A stretch of DNA of 63,663 bases, filler included, from Phoronis australis (GCA_002633005.1; 8 parts of 8 records of this genome joined end to end with filler, not necessarily neighbours in it), one strand, 5' to 3'. Positions 40,376 to 53,672 are shown, numbered from the whole stretch's first letter. Made by a program: numbers and translations. The notes: generated by a model not told the origin, from the letters alone.

Positions 40376-41378
40376 AAATTCACTTAGGATTTTTTAGTCA
40401 TCACATTACCGGATATTGGATACCAGTTTTTGAATGATCGATAGTCGGTAATGAAAATTAAGACAAGTGCAAACACCACGGCACCTGTTTTTATAAAGCA
40501 CAGTTATAAACAAACGACGTGTTTTAAAAAAGTAAAAATTTAGTTCAAAAGTTAAATTTTTATATGTCCACGAAAAATACACAAGAAAGTAGAAAATGCT
40601 AAGAGCTGTTTTTCTCGATTTTAACAAGCATGCTGATTAATAAAATTGCACAATGAGATTGTTCGTTGTCAATGATAACAAACTAGACCGAAAATTAACC
40701 CAACGAACGCGTTTTTGTGTTTTCAAATAAATTATCCAGTTGCTCTAATAAAACAACAAAATAACTCTATAACTGCACTTGCAGAGCTGAGGAAATTGTT
40801 CAAAACTTATCAGTCATACGTTAAACTAAGAAAAAAAAATACGTTAGCTCCAGATGAAGATACTTGAAAATCGAGTGTCTCAGGAGTCGAATTGTCGCGA
40901 TTCATTGAGAATGGTGACGTCATACTGTATGTGTCACCATGAGAGAGCGTTTGACTAGCAATGAACCGCGCAAGCAAGTCTATACCTGATATGTACAAGG
41001 ATCGAGGAAAGCGTAGTGGGTCTGCCGTATTGTTTGTAAACGAGGATCAAATTAAGTTCCCAGTGCACCCTGGCCTACAGAAAGGTATCATTTGTGGAGG
41101 GCTAAGACAAATATCAGATTGTCCACTATGACCACCATGGATACAATCCCCCTCTGTTGTCACCAATCCTCACGTTGGCTGTCGTCATTTTGCATCCCTC
41201 TACTTATCACACTTCTTCAATACATGGCCACTATGAGTTATGTGCTGACATTAACAGCCACCATGGAACCGAGGGGCTACATTTTGCCTAGTTAGTGACA
41301 TGGTGGTTTATGTAGTTACAATATAATTTCATGACAGTCAAAGGGTCCTTATTGGAAGACCTTTTCAGTGCCACTTAT

Positions 41379-41493
41379 CCTGTGTATTTTGCAATGGCAC
41401 TGTTGCACTAAAGGATCGATTTGCTTTTCAGGGTCACTAAACCTGTGTATTTTGCAAAGGCACTGTTGCAATAAATGATCAATTTGCTTTTCA
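41379..41493. repeat. ~62-bp tandem duplication
   Basis: CCTGTGTATTTTGCAA.GGCACTGTTGCA... occurs twice. Confidence 0.85.
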
Positions 41494-44400
41494 AATCTGG
41501 CATAAATTGAAGAGTTTGCATGAAACTACGTTAAAAGATGAATCCGGTAAAGTGGTTAAATAGTTTTAAACTGTACTTAAATGTTATTTGCCATCGGTTG
41601 TACATTTACTTTTCAAATGTTTTACGGAAAATCTGTGAGTAAATAGCAACACCACTGGCAAGTCGCCCTCCTGTGTTTCCGCCATTTTCCTGAAAAGAGA
41701 GGACTGTTTCCCGGCTGTGAGACACCCTCCCGTTTAGATGCTGCATCTGTTTCCCTGTCTTTTGCTTGTCTCGCGTGTTCAAGGGTATAATTTGTCAATT
41801 TTGGCTTCTTTTTTCAAGAACTACTTCGATTGCGTCCACTTTGCCAATACACTTCAAACGCAACTTCTTTTCATTTCCAGGCTTCGTTCCTTTGCGTGTG
41901 GTAGTGCGAAAAAAATGAGAGGGTTACTTTTTTCGGAAGAAATTTTCACGTCCACGGCAAAAGCAAAAATGCGGAGAACTCGTTCTGGCTGTTTACACAC
42001 TCCTACCTGACTTTATTTTGCTTAAGCACACATTTCAGGCAACGTGACATCGCATGCTTATATTAGCCGATTTAGCCTATTGATTCCTAGTAGTGAAAAT
42101 TAATTAAGAAACCATTTCCTTCATTCTGCCGTCCTTAAGATTTACAAAATTGCTTTTAATAGTAAACATCTTTTTTCCTATTCAGAGTGTTTGTTTCGTC
42201 AAGTGTCTTGAGTTTTTGCACATAAGTTCCATGAAACGTATAACCGTAAGAAACCGACATCAGATGTTTTAAGTTACTTTTGAAAAGCGAGGAATTGTTC
42301 TTTGAAATCTCGAACCTGGAACGGTATTTGAAAGGGGATATAACAAATATACACAGTTGTAAAGAGACTATACCAGTCAACCATGTGGATAAAACATGTG
42401 CGCACCCGGGGGGGGGTTGCATAACCTGGGCAAAAAGGTCCGCCCCAGAAAGACAAAAATACGAAAAAAGGAGAACACGAGACGAAAGTCCACTAAAAAG
42501 GTAAGAGTTTGGCGAATGAACGTATCTTCTTTTTAGTAAAAGGCCTGCAACCACAAAAATTCTTGCAACCCCTACATTTATGTCTGGGTGCGCGCATACA
42601 AGAGATTTAAACAAACTTGCCACACAAACTGTCACACGACCTACAGAGAACGATGATTCAAGTTTTAAACCATTGACTTCGTGAACACTAAAAAACCAAT
42701 ATACGCTGACTTTTTACTGTGGGAGAACCTTATGTACACGATCGCCGAACTGGGGAAAAACACAGACACTTGGTATTGTTATTGAATTTGTCGTTTTGCT
42801 CGACCCCCTTGGTAGGCAATCGGCCATTACACATTTGGTATTATGTACCCATTTGGTGGTAAGCTTACCTCTGCCACTTAGTATCCGATACTCAATTACA
42901 ATTTGGGTATCGTAAGCGTGAGTGTTATCACTGGTTATAAGTGGAATATTTATTTGTAAAGCTATCTCCCTCACCCTTCTCTGTCCCTCTTTCCGCGTAC
43001 ATGTATTTTTAAAAGGTATAAGAGTAAAGTAACAAACTTTGTCCAATCGTCAAGAAAAGCTTTTAAATGGGAAAGTATGTGAATTAATCGGCTATCGAAA
43101 ATACACGGATATGTATTGGAAATTAGTGATCCCTTACGGGTTAACACCAAGGTCTTTTCTTTATTTATTTGCTTTCATGTGAACTCCAGGTCACTAAAGT
43201 AGTTGTCTTATACCGTTTTAGAATAAAAACTTGCATTCTGGAATTGCAGTAACATTTGCTTATTGTTAGTTCTCAGTGGGCGTACGTGTAGGCTTACGTT
43301 GAGCGCATTAGTACTGTAGGCTTCTACACAGACATCAAGAATCCCCGACAATAATCAGCACGTGCAAGTCTATGAGAACTCTTAACAGTTCATACACGCT
43401 TTTCTAATAGCTATATTGGATAAAAACAAATGACGTTCTTGAAATTATTTTGAAGAAAGTAGAGATATTTCGATCAACAATACGGAATATTGCTGTGTAA
43501 CCCACAAATAATGAGATTTGTGGCACTTTGCAGGGGCTGATCCAGGATTTTGAGTTAGCGGGGACCAGGGCACAGGAATAACCAGAATTTCGGCAGATGC
43601 CCGCGCATTGCGAACCTTTTGACTAAAAAAAAGGTAAACGGGATTTGTTCAGGGCCTATGGACCCCCGAGCCCTCTGGTTGAGCGCATGTGCTAGTCAGC
43701 AATTCGCTTCCCGAACCGCCAAATGATATCTGGTAGAAATTTACACCATATATTCCCGAGCTGACACTGCTTGCGCGACCCGTATTCGGTGTACCGAGAA
43801 AGTGGAGGTTTCTATTTGTCCAGGTGCAGAAAGTCTAGTCTCATCGAGTTTTCAAGTAGATGACTGTCACCACATGGCAACGTCTATTTGAGGTTACATC
43901 AGCCAGGGTCATCGAGGAAAGAATCAGGCATTTGGAATCTAACAATCGCAACAGTCTTTACCATGTAGATAAAGTGTGAGAACGGAACGTTCGAAAGAGA
44001 AGAGAGTCCAAAAGATCTGCCGAGCAACAGTGGTACCACCAGTGACGTCAGTGAAGTTCAAAATTGATGTCCCTGCAAAAAGATAAATGTGAAGAGCATA
44101 TGAAAACTCAAAGATTTTCTTTGAGATACTGGCTTGAATCAACCTTTGATGCGCGTGACATAGCATGTTTTCCAGGTCGTGCATTTTTAATGACCTTCAA
44201 TATCATCGCGCGCCACGGCCGCTGTCTCCATAGTAATGTGAATATTTTAAGGAGAGTTATGCAAACAACTAAACAAATACAAAAATGACAAACTAAGAAC
44301 GAATCAACAAGTAGATTATAACCATCACCATCAAATAAAACCGGGATGTTGTGGGTTCACTCAATATCCAGCTGCATGTGGGACAGTGTCAAGGTTATGA

Positions 44401-46058
44401 AGCATGCAGTCAGGTGAACCACTTTATCTGCAGATCAACACCTCATTTCATGACTTGTATTACGAATAACGCGAGCGAGGCTGTGATCATATTGGTTTGA
44501 TCATAACCTTGATCTCTGACCTTTAACAAGTAGAATGCCTTAACAAGATTGCCATGGAGACGTTGTGTATGCTATAAATTAATTTAAAATTATGTTTTAT
44601 ATTTTTAGTATACAGTAGTTCCTTAGTACAAACGATGTTCTGGGACCAGAACGTGGATATTCGCCTCTAACCAAACTGTTATGTAAAAACAAAATGATAT
44701 GTAAAGTCCTAAAATTTTCAGACTGTTAACAAACAGTTTGGTCAAAAGTGATTTCAACAATGAATACTTTGGTACTACAATGTCCTGACGGATGAAGGCT
44801 TAAGACAAAATACACAAAGTATTAATTACAATACAGTAATTTTCACACTTGACATTTGATCACGGTTATTGCCTGATGTGTAAGAACATTCTTGCGAAAA
44901 ATACGAGAAATGCATAACGAATAATTACAATATTGAACATATCACGAAAGAGAAACACACTTTTGAAAAATACGACTTTGGCCAGAATGTGAAAAATACA
45001 TCCTTGGTCTGAAAGTTTAAAATTTCGTATTTTTAACGTGTTGGTTGTTTCATCAGTTCATTTTCTAATATTGTGTAAATGGTTTCGTATCTTAGTTGTG
45101 TGAATAACTTGATCGCCCGTTCTAGAACATTGATGAGCGTGGGGTTTATCATTAGTAACAGGAAGATTTTCGATAAGTCCTATGTGACGTTGAAAATTCC
45201 ATTTTTCAGTAGTGCTAACTGATCGCTGTGTATAACCTTATTGGTAAGTCCGGACAGTCCACTCAGCAAATAATCTACAGAACTATAATATACTTTAAGC
45301 AAGTAAAAGCATTCATTAATGGAAGTTAAAAAGTCTACAGTATTTGATTTTTATACATCCATAGCAAAGTAACGACATTAAAATTTCAACAAGTTCCAGC
45401 GTTTACTGTGAAATCTGACAAAAGTTGTTACTGTTTGGTGTCTCATTATTGTTTAGTTTTCGTTGATGTGGATTTCTGTAAAATCTCAAAAAAATCATAA
45501 CCCTGCGGTACAACTGGACTACTTTAGACTGAACAACTCCGATCAGCGAGTAAAATGTTGTTGGTTTCCCATCGTTGGTTAATGATAAAGTATTTTTCAA
45601 AGTATTCCAAATTGTGGCAAATTTCCTTAAGATTGTTATGGGTCTAAAGTCTAAGAAATTTAGTGGCCCTCGACCTGCCCCCCACAGTCAATCCAAATGC
45701 CAACCTCTCCCGTGATCGACGCAATCCGCAACCGGTCGCATAACCCCATCCGCACCTAAGAGTTTGATCACGTTGCTCCGACCCGTATTGGAATCTGGCC
45801 CGTATTGGAATGACGTCATCATTCCAATACGGGAAGTAGTTTCTGGCCCGTATTGGAATGAACGGTCGTTGTCGTTTCGTTGCTCTTGGTTTGTTGAAGT
45901 GTGCAAGATTTCTTGTGTTAAATTCGTAAGATATAAGGTATTTTTAACCAGAATTGTGNNNNNNNNNNNNNNNNNNNNNNNNNNNNNNNNNNNNNNNNNN
46001 NNTTAATTAATTAANNNNNNNNNNNNNNNNNNNNNNNNNNNNNNNNNNNNNNNNNNNN

Positions 46059-46601
46059 ACAAATACATGTAAGTACGACCTGGTGTTACAGTACCATCAA
46101 GACTCACTGAGTATGGAGAGGAGGATACGCGGTGATTGTGATCATCCCAGTATTGCCCCAAGTTTGCATAATATTGGGGATGTATATAACAACATGTGTA
46201 AGTACGACCTGGCGTTGCAGTACTATCAAGACTCACTGAGTATCAAAAGGAGGATACACGGTGATGGTGATCATCCCAGCATTGCCACAAGTTTGCATAA
46301 TATTGGGGATGTATATAAGGACATGTGTAAGTATGACCTGGCGTTACAGTACTATCAAGACTCAGTGAGAATGAAGAGGAGGATACACAGTGATGGTGAT
46401 CATCCCCGTATTGCCTCAAGTTTGCATAATATTGGGGATGTATATAACAACATGTGTAAGTACGACCTGGCGTTACAGTACTATCAAGACTCACTGAGTA
46501 TGGAGAGGAGGATACACGGTGATGGTGATCATCCCAGTATTGCCACAAGTTTGCATAATATTGGGGATATATATATTGCCACCACTTATACTTGTCTTTA
46601 A
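46059..46601 (+). CDS. TPR array (43-aa kinesin-light-chain/nephrocystin-3-type repeats), 5'-truncated by a gap; possibly a pseudogene
   Basis: About four 129-bp units encoding KYDLALQYYQDSLSxxRRIHGDGDHPxIAxSLHNIGDVY. Confidence 0.8.
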   Translation, partial: TNTCKYDLVLQYHQDSLSMERRIRGDCDHPSIAPSLHNIGDVYNNMCKYDLALQYYQDSLSIKRRIHGDGDHPSIATSLHNIGDVYKDMCKYDLALQYYQDSVRMKRRIHSDGDHPRIASSLHNIGDVYNNMCKYDLALQYYQDSLSMERRIHGDGDHPSIATSLHNIGDIYIATTYTCL

Positions 46602-49349
46602 TTGGCGTTACTTGAAACTGATTGTATTTCAATGAATTATTGTTTGTATTTGGTAAAAATAAATGCTGTTGATATGACATTTAATAGTCTTTGTGCACAT
46701 ATTTGACATTTTAATGTTTAACAACACGGCAAATGCACGGCTGGTTCCCGGCAGCACGTACGCGAAGGGCGGGAACTTTAGCTTTCAAAGTTCGCCGGTA
46801 AGTCCGCAATTTCTGACCTTCGGCCTGGTTAAAAAAATGAAAATGTTGATTTCACGATTTTGTGAACTGAAATAGGGACTGCTCGAAGAAAAAGTTTCAT
46901 AACGGGAGTATTTGTTCGAGTTGGAAGGAATTAAACACATCGACAACCTCCTAAGGCGTTCCTCTATGCGCAAAAGGTATTTATAACAACGTGACTTTGA
47001 TGGTTTAGTCGGTGCGAGGCATAATTCGCCGAAAAGCTTCCGGCGTACACAGCGCCTATAGCCTCTGCATCGCCTCTGCTTCGGGCCAACAGAGGCGATG
47101 GTCATTGCCTAGGAAGTGGTGTGACAGAAGACATTTAAGTTGCGTACTAGTACTTCAGGTCATCTATTAGTTTCGTAAATGTCCATTGGATTCCTGCTGG
47201 TTAGTCCGAAAAATCAACTCTGATAACCCAGTCCAGTACTCCTAGGAACAACAAAGGAGAGAGAAGGCACCCTTGCCGGACTCCTGAATTAACAGGGAAC
47301 GGTTGAATCAGCAAGATAGTCTGAGGTAAATGTAATAATTGTACTTGTAATGAAAGCTAACTGCCCCTGGCGGGCAGGGACAGGTTCCTCCGAAAGTTAT
47401 CATGCATTATCAGATTCAATGGGAAACTCTTGTCAAACTTCACAAAGATCCTGCAAGGAGACACAGTTGCAGATGCAACTGATGTGTAGTTACAGTGACA
47501 ATTACCCAACCCGAGAATGAAACCAGAAGCCTCACTAAAACTGGCGAGCAGGATAAACATTTAGCTAATAGGCAATACTGCCTGATTCACTGAAAGCACG
47601 TATACAATGCAAGAAAAATTTTGCCTATGGAAAATCAATACCGACGGACTGTTTTCTTTTTGACAGGAACATATCTGCCAAATTTTGCAATGATATTTCA
47701 AGCAGTTTGGCAGATACAGAGGCAGACCCCAAAAACGGAATTAAAAATGATAAGAATTGCAGCTAAAGCCACATTTACATGGCAGACAGCTGTCACAGAG
47801 CAACATTGAACAGCTGATGGGCCTCAAGTGTTTGTGTAAACACGACTGACACTGAGCTAGTTGACAATGCGATGGCATTTTTGACACCAGCTCAAGATGT
47901 AGAGCAAGTTGCTCTCAGTCAGTNNNNNNNNNNNNNNNNNNNNNNNNNNNNNNNNNNNNNNNNNNNNTTAATTAATTAANNNNNNNNNNNNNNNNNNNNN
48001 NNNNNNNNNNNNNNNNNNNNNNNAAATAGTTGCTCTGATTTTAAAATCAAAGTTTTAACTTGTGTTATTTCATATCTTGATTCTCAAAAACCTACATGTC
48101 CCATACTTTTTAGGACCTGTTTCAATTAAATGCAAGTGCGAGTTGAAAACGTTCTTAGAATGTGCTCACCAAATTGCACCATGAAAGCAGTTGGACAGAT
48201 TGTGGCAGACAAACCTCAACAAACTACAACCTCTTGAAATGTTTATCTGAAACATGCCTTATCAGTTAGTTGTCAAGGTTACGAACTTAAGCGGCCTTTT
48301 CAAACTGCCTGTTACTCCAGGACTTATAATACAGCTGGATTGGTAAGATTGTACACTGAACTTAATGTAGATATATGCTGTATAATATTTGATTTCATTC
48401 AACAAGAAATAATTGCTTTATAGGCATGCAGTCACACTTGGTAAAAACCTTTCAATTTTGATTAAAAGTAATTGCTGGGTTGTTTATTTTTCCCGACTAT
48501 ATATTCATTATCAACCTCACTGCAATCAAGGGGAAACCCCCATTTCGGTTGATAATTCATATCAGGGTGATGACAAAATGAATTCATGGACAACCTCCTT
48601 ATCATTCATCATTGTTTAGTAATTAGAAATCACATAAATTTCTCTTAACTGGTGAAAAAACGTGGATGAAAATTATATCAATTGTGTATTAAAATGTGAA
48701 TTTTTGTGAAACATCATGTACCCTTCATATGAATTCAGAAATGGATTATATGAATTATGATCAAATTGGATTTAATTTAAATTATTACGGGTCACATTTC
48801 TTTTCCAATAAGTGTGGAATTTACGCAAAACGTGTATCGTGAGTAGCTCGAAGCCCTATTGTATTTGGTTGAAATCATATGCAAGATGGCACTGTGGAGA
48901 CCATTTCCACCGTCTTGGTTTGCGGAGCTATAGCTTTACAGGTTCTAGAATTTTTCTGGTCTCTTTTTTTGGGAAGAATCATTTAGATGACCACAGGAAG
49001 TGTCCAATTTGTTTTTGCTTAGGACTTACTGTTCTGGGGTTATTCAAGATTTTCCTTTGACAGCTAGATTATTGATTCAGTTTTTGTTCGGCATCTCTGG
49101 TGTCACTTGCCAGATCTTTCTTAAAGCCAGTATACATGGTAGATAGTGCTACTTGCATTGTGCCATCCATTTCACACTATAACCTACCTTTCTCGAGGTA
49201 TTCAAGATTTAATAGCCACATGAATGTTGTTCTGTCGATACAGGTACTTTTAGCTGCACTTCCGGTGGCCTATTGTATTCGTGACAGAGATCGTATTTTT
49301 GTCTGATTGACATTTACTTAGTGTTTATCTAGTCAAAAGCACGAGGACA

Positions 49350-49888
49350 GGTTTGTAGAGGAACATATACACCAATTTTCAATCGTTAGAATGGTTTGGT
49401 TGATAGAGAGGTGGATGCCAAAAACAGACTCGAAAACAGTAAAAATGGCCATTAGGTAGAGCAAAATACCTCAAATCCATCAGAAAACGGCAGGATAGCG
49501 TCACCTTACCAATAACATGTCTATATTCCAAATTTTTTAAGTTCGTTGAGGACCTTTGAAGTCATCATCACTTGTTGTCAACGTCACATAAATGTACTTG
49601 CTACATTAGTAAAAGATGGTGCAAACGGTTAAGGAGATTCAGCCATGGGTGCAAAAAAAACCTGCCACTAGGAGGCGCCACAGTAGTCGAAGTCAGAAAA
49701 TTGTTGTCAGCCGCCCTCAACACAGTAAGAACATGTCCCCAAATTTTCAAAATCATCGCCAGAGCGGTTTGGCTGATAGAAGGGCGGACGCCAAAAACAG
49801 ACTCGAAAACAACAAAAAATGACCACTTGGTGGTGCAAAGTACCTCGAATCCATCCAAAAACGGGAGGATGGCATAATCTCACAAATA
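49350..49888 (+). mobile_element. HINE-like family fragment
   Basis: Same modules as 13400-14100 and 26509-27480 (GGTTTGGTTGATAGA, AAAACAGACTCGAAAAC, CCACTAGGAGGCGCC). Confidence 0.65.
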
Positions 49889-50197
49889 NNNNNNNNNNNN
49901 NNNNNNNNNNNNNNNNNNNNNNNNNNNNNNNNNNNNNNNNNNNNNNNNNNNNNNNNNNNNNNNNNNNNNNNNNNNNNNNNNNNNNNNNNNNNNNNNNNNN
50001 NNNNNNNNNNNNNNNNNNNNNNNNNNNNNNNNNNNNNNNNNNNNNNNNNNNNNNNNNNNNNNNNNNNNNNNNNNNNNNNNNNNNNNNNNNNNNNNNNNNN
50101 NNNNNNNNNNNNNNNNNNNNNNNNNNNNNNNNNNNNNNNNNNNNNNNNNNNNNNNNNNNNNNNNNNNNNNNNNNNNNNNNNNNNNNNNNNNNNNNNN

Positions 50198-50358
50198 TTA
50201 TTATAGTCGATTGAGTACACTCTTCGAGCACAGCCCAGCTGTAACTTATTATAGTCGATTGAGTACACTCTTCTAGCACAGCCCAGCTGCAGCATATAGT
50301 CGATTGAGTACACTCTTCTAGCACAGCCCAGCTGCAGCATATAGTCGATTGAGTACAC
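50198..50358. repeat. 45-48-bp minisatellite running into an N gap
   Basis: ATAGTCGATTGAGTACAC at about 50203, 50251, 50296 and 50341. Confidence 0.9.
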
Positions 50359-50721
50359 CCAACGCATTAACAGGATAATGGGCATGCCAACTGACCTCGC
50401 CTAGCACAGGATAAGGGTTAAAAGAATTTCAGCCCTGTTGTTTTATTCTTCAGGTTCATGCCCGTAGGCCAAGTGGAAAAAGGAAAAAGTATTCAATAAT
50501 TCAATAGAAGACCTTTGCCAAGTTTCTTCTTATCAGCTGGCATCAATTGCTAAATCAGTTTTTACTGCATTTAAGTCGTGGACAGGCGTATATCATTTGA
50601 CACGAGCTCACTAATTATAAAATAAAGTGCTTTGCTTACATTACCACAGTGTAAATACTGAGATTATTACTGTTGCTGCGGCTACATAACTACTATTGCT
50701 GTTAAATTATTACAAATACAC

Positions 50722-50881
50722 TTAAAACATGTTATTATTTCAAATGAACTTTTATCATGGAAATGAACAATTGATAAGAAAAATAAATTGTGCAGGGTTT
50801 CTAAACCCTGCACAATTTATTTTTCTTATCAATTGTTCATTTCCATGATAAAAGTTCATTTGAAATAATAACATGTTTTAA
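50722..50881. repeat. Perfect palindrome, 79-bp arms with a 2-nt spacer
   Basis: 50722-50800 is the exact reverse complement of 50803-50881. Confidence 0.97.
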
Positions 50882-51222
50882 ATTTTATACACGTTAAACT
50901 GACACACAATAAAGGAAGTAAGCACTAAAAAGTGGAAACAGAAAGGCCCACCTAAGTAATTACAACAAAAAGATCTGTTGACAACTAATGTTAAATTTGA
51001 ATATGTCAATCTCAATATGGTGCGGAAAATATGTTGCAAACATTTAAGCTGTGTCTGCACGCCATCTGTTGGCCACGTCATGTGACTATTAAATTGTAAG
51101 AATTCCAAACTAGCCAAGAACAACTTGTAAGTTACATGCAAAAGATTTCATTAATATTTGCTTATAAGGGAGCAGATACTTGCAGGCAAAACCTTCCCAA
51201 CAAGTACAGAAGCTAGTAATAC

Positions 51223-51436
51223 CTCTCTTATCTTCTTGTTCTGAGATGTACTTCATAAGCTGAGGGTGCATAGCATTCAGAGTCATAAACAGTGTCTGTA
51301 CAGATGAGTCATTGGCTATGCTGCGTCCACGCTGTGAATTGCTCTTCATACGGTTCACAAAGATCTCCAGACTTGTCTTGAGCGCTGTCAGGAACTGTTC
51401 CTGTTCTACATCACTATCACCATTCTGTTGTAAAGT
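51223..51436 (-). CDS. HGS: HGS/Hrs (ESCRT-0) exon, helical/GAT region
   Basis: FLTALKTSLEIFVNRMKSNSQRGRSIANDSSVQTLFMTLNAMHPQL matches the Hrs helical domain; CAG acceptor, GT donor, phases 0/1. Confidence 0.9.
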
Positions 51437-51935
51437 CTGCAATGAAGAGAGTCAATGGGAACTAATGAGTATATACTGCAACAGATTACACACTACTTCA
51501 CATACATTTTGGTAGAAAATAGTGAATGCTCATTTGTAGCATTGAACAATCCGTATTATTCTCCAGTGCATGAGACAACAATTGTATTAATGCCAGGACT
51601 TTTCGTTTCATCACAAACAAGCTAATGATGAGAGATGATTTGTTTGGTTGGTTAAGTTGCTCTACAGATGCTGAAGAAAACAGTTTTAAAAACATGTCCA
51701 CTGTCTATTTGCTGATCAATTACTCTAGGCTTGTTGTTCTAGCAACAAACATGTCCATTGTCTATCTGTTGATCAATTACTATAGGCTTGTACTAGCAAC
51801 AAAAATATTGGAAATCGATAAGAATAATTTTCACTGAAATAAAGTTATGACATCCAAAGTTCCGTTTCATTCTGCATTTCTGACAAGCCTTTTGATAATA
51901 CATTATAACCATGCCACAAATCCAAAGATTTCTAC

Positions 51936-52118
51936 CTCTTGAATTTTCGGCGTGGTCGTTTTAGGTTCTGTGGTGGTTACTGTTGGTGCAGTGGGTGCTG
52001 TAGCCACCGTGGTCGATGGTTTACTGGTTTCTGCGTGCTTTTGCTCCCAGTAGTTACGGTTGAGATAACGCGCAAGTTCTGGATCCATGTCACTTGTGTC
52101 AAATGTAGGCACGGACAT
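51936..52118 (-). CDS. HGS: HGS/Hrs exon (copy 1)
   Basis: DMDPELARYLNRNYWEQK motif followed by a PTAP late-domain-like motif; 183 nt, phase 0/0. Confidence 0.88.
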
Positions 52119-52270
52119 CTGGGGATAATAGTTTGCCATATTAGCACAGTGTTGATAAGTCAAATGTAGGCACCGACATCTGGGGATAATAGTTTGCCAT
52201 ATTAGCACAGTGTTGATAAGTCAAATGTAGGCACCGACATCTGGGGATAATAGTTTGCCATATTAGCACA
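52098..52270. repeat. 61-bp tandem repeat spanning the Hrs 3' splice site; continues at 55043-55158
   Basis: GTCAAATGTAGG starts at 52098, 52159 and 52220. Confidence 0.92.
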
Positions 52271-52386
52271 NAGAATAATTTTCACTGAAATAAAGTTATG
52301 ACATCCAAAGTTCCGTTTTATTCTCCATTTCTGACGAGCCTTTCGATAATACATTATAACCATGTCACAAATCCAAAGATTTCTAC

Positions 52387-52569
52387 CTCTTGAATTTTCG
52401 GCGTGGTCGTTTTAGGTTCTGTGGTGGTTACTGTTGGTGCAGTGGGTGCTGTAGCCACCGTGGTCGATGGTTTACTGGTTTCTGCGTGCTTTTGCTCCCA
52501 GTAGTTACGGTTGAGATAACGCGCAAGTTCTGGATCCATGTCACTTGTGTCAAATGTAGGCACCGACAT
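52387..52569 (-). CDS. HGS: HGS/Hrs exon (copy 2, probably allelic)
   Basis: Same protein sequence as 51936-52118, offset 451 bp, follows the single-N join at 52271. Confidence 0.8.
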
Positions 52570-52611
52570 CTGGGGATAATAGTTTGCCATATTAGCACAG
52601 TGTTGATAAGT

Positions 52612-52740
52612 CAAATGTGGATAATTGATATTGAAAACACTATACAAATGTTAATTGATATTGAAAACACTATACAAATGTTAATTGATATTGAAAATAC
52701 TATACAAATGTTAATTGATATTGAAAATACTATAGAAAAT
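52612..52740. repeat. 30-bp minisatellite x~4 (x~9 at 55152-55430)
   Basis: AATTGATATTGAAAA(C/T)ACTATACAAATGTT. Confidence 0.95.
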
Positions 52741-53316
52741 GCTTTTCATAAGGTAAAACATTCTGAAATTTTGCCCATGATCATCCTGTCGAGTCATGAG
52801 TGTCATTGATTAAAGACATCTTAGGTTGTTTACCAAAAAACAGGGAAAAGTAACACAAATGTAAGAGCACATAAAATCAAGTCCATTGACCTAAATAAAA
52901 ACTCATTATTATACACTTCATTGAACAACGCAATTCAATTGTATGCATAACCTGCACAAGCACATGGGAAAGGTCTAAACATGCAGTTCGTGTGAATTTC
53001 AGCTGTTTCTTTTGTAGCAGCTAAAATATCCAGAGAAATGGTTACTGTTTGTAGCAGCTTGCAAGACCACCTCCAGGAAATCTTATTGGGTTCCATAATA
53101 GCTCACAAAAATGAACTGGACTATAGCAGGCTGAAAAGTCACGAGACTGCCTTTTCTGTCTGTCAGCATGATAAAGGGTATAAACAGTTTTGCCTGTATT
53201 TGTGGCAAAACCGTTTTCAAAACAACAGGTCAACGAGTAGTATCATGGAGACGACAGGCAAATACAAGTAGCTATCCAATGACATCAATTAAACTTTAAT
53301 TGACAGATAGACATAC

Positions 53317-53412
53317 TGATGGTACAGAGTCCTGCTGAAGCTGCTGTGGGGAGGAGCTTCTGTTGCTAGATGATGATGACAAGTTGCTGTAGTTGTTTCT
53401 CAATCGCTGTCT
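53317..53412 (-). CDS. HGS: HGS/Hrs exon immediately after the UIM region
   Basis: TTTACAG acceptor, GTATGT donor, 96 nt phase 0/0, RQRLRNNYSNLSSSS...VPS, in frame with the next exon. Confidence 0.7.
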
Positions 53413-53562
53413 CTGTAAACAATGAATAGACAACAGCATTTATTCACCAAAATGTTATATGCAGGAAGGGGACCAGCAACGATACAAGATACATAGTTTT
53501 TAACTTCTTACTAACTACAGCAAAACAAAGAGAGACATTGTTAAACAATTAATGCTGATTTA

Positions 53563-53672
53563 AGGGCACATGAACACAGAGAGAAGCTGATTACTGTTAG
53601 GGCACATGAACACAGAGAGAAGCTGATTACTGTAAGGGCACATGAACACAGAGAGTAGCTGATTACTGTAAG
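53563..53672. repeat. ~35-bp minisatellite x3 (also at 56253-56363)
   Basis: AGGGCACATGAACACAGAGAGAAGCTGATTACTGT. Confidence 0.92.

Noticed and set aside
41110-41292. LAVVILH...GHY resembling a USP His box
   Set aside because: Too short and weak, with no Cys box or clear splice sites
42156-42635. 159-aa ORF
   Set aside because: No recognisable motif, GTG start and no exon signals
46243-46680. Minus-strand repetitive ORF
   Set aside because: Antisense shadow of the TPR array
50198-50358. Repeat-spacer-like appearance
   Set aside because: The apparent spacers are nearly identical, so this is a simple minisatellite
51903-52647. Tandem or mutually exclusive Hrs exon pair
   Set aside because: Protein-identical copies with near-identical introns separated by a single N are better explained as alleles
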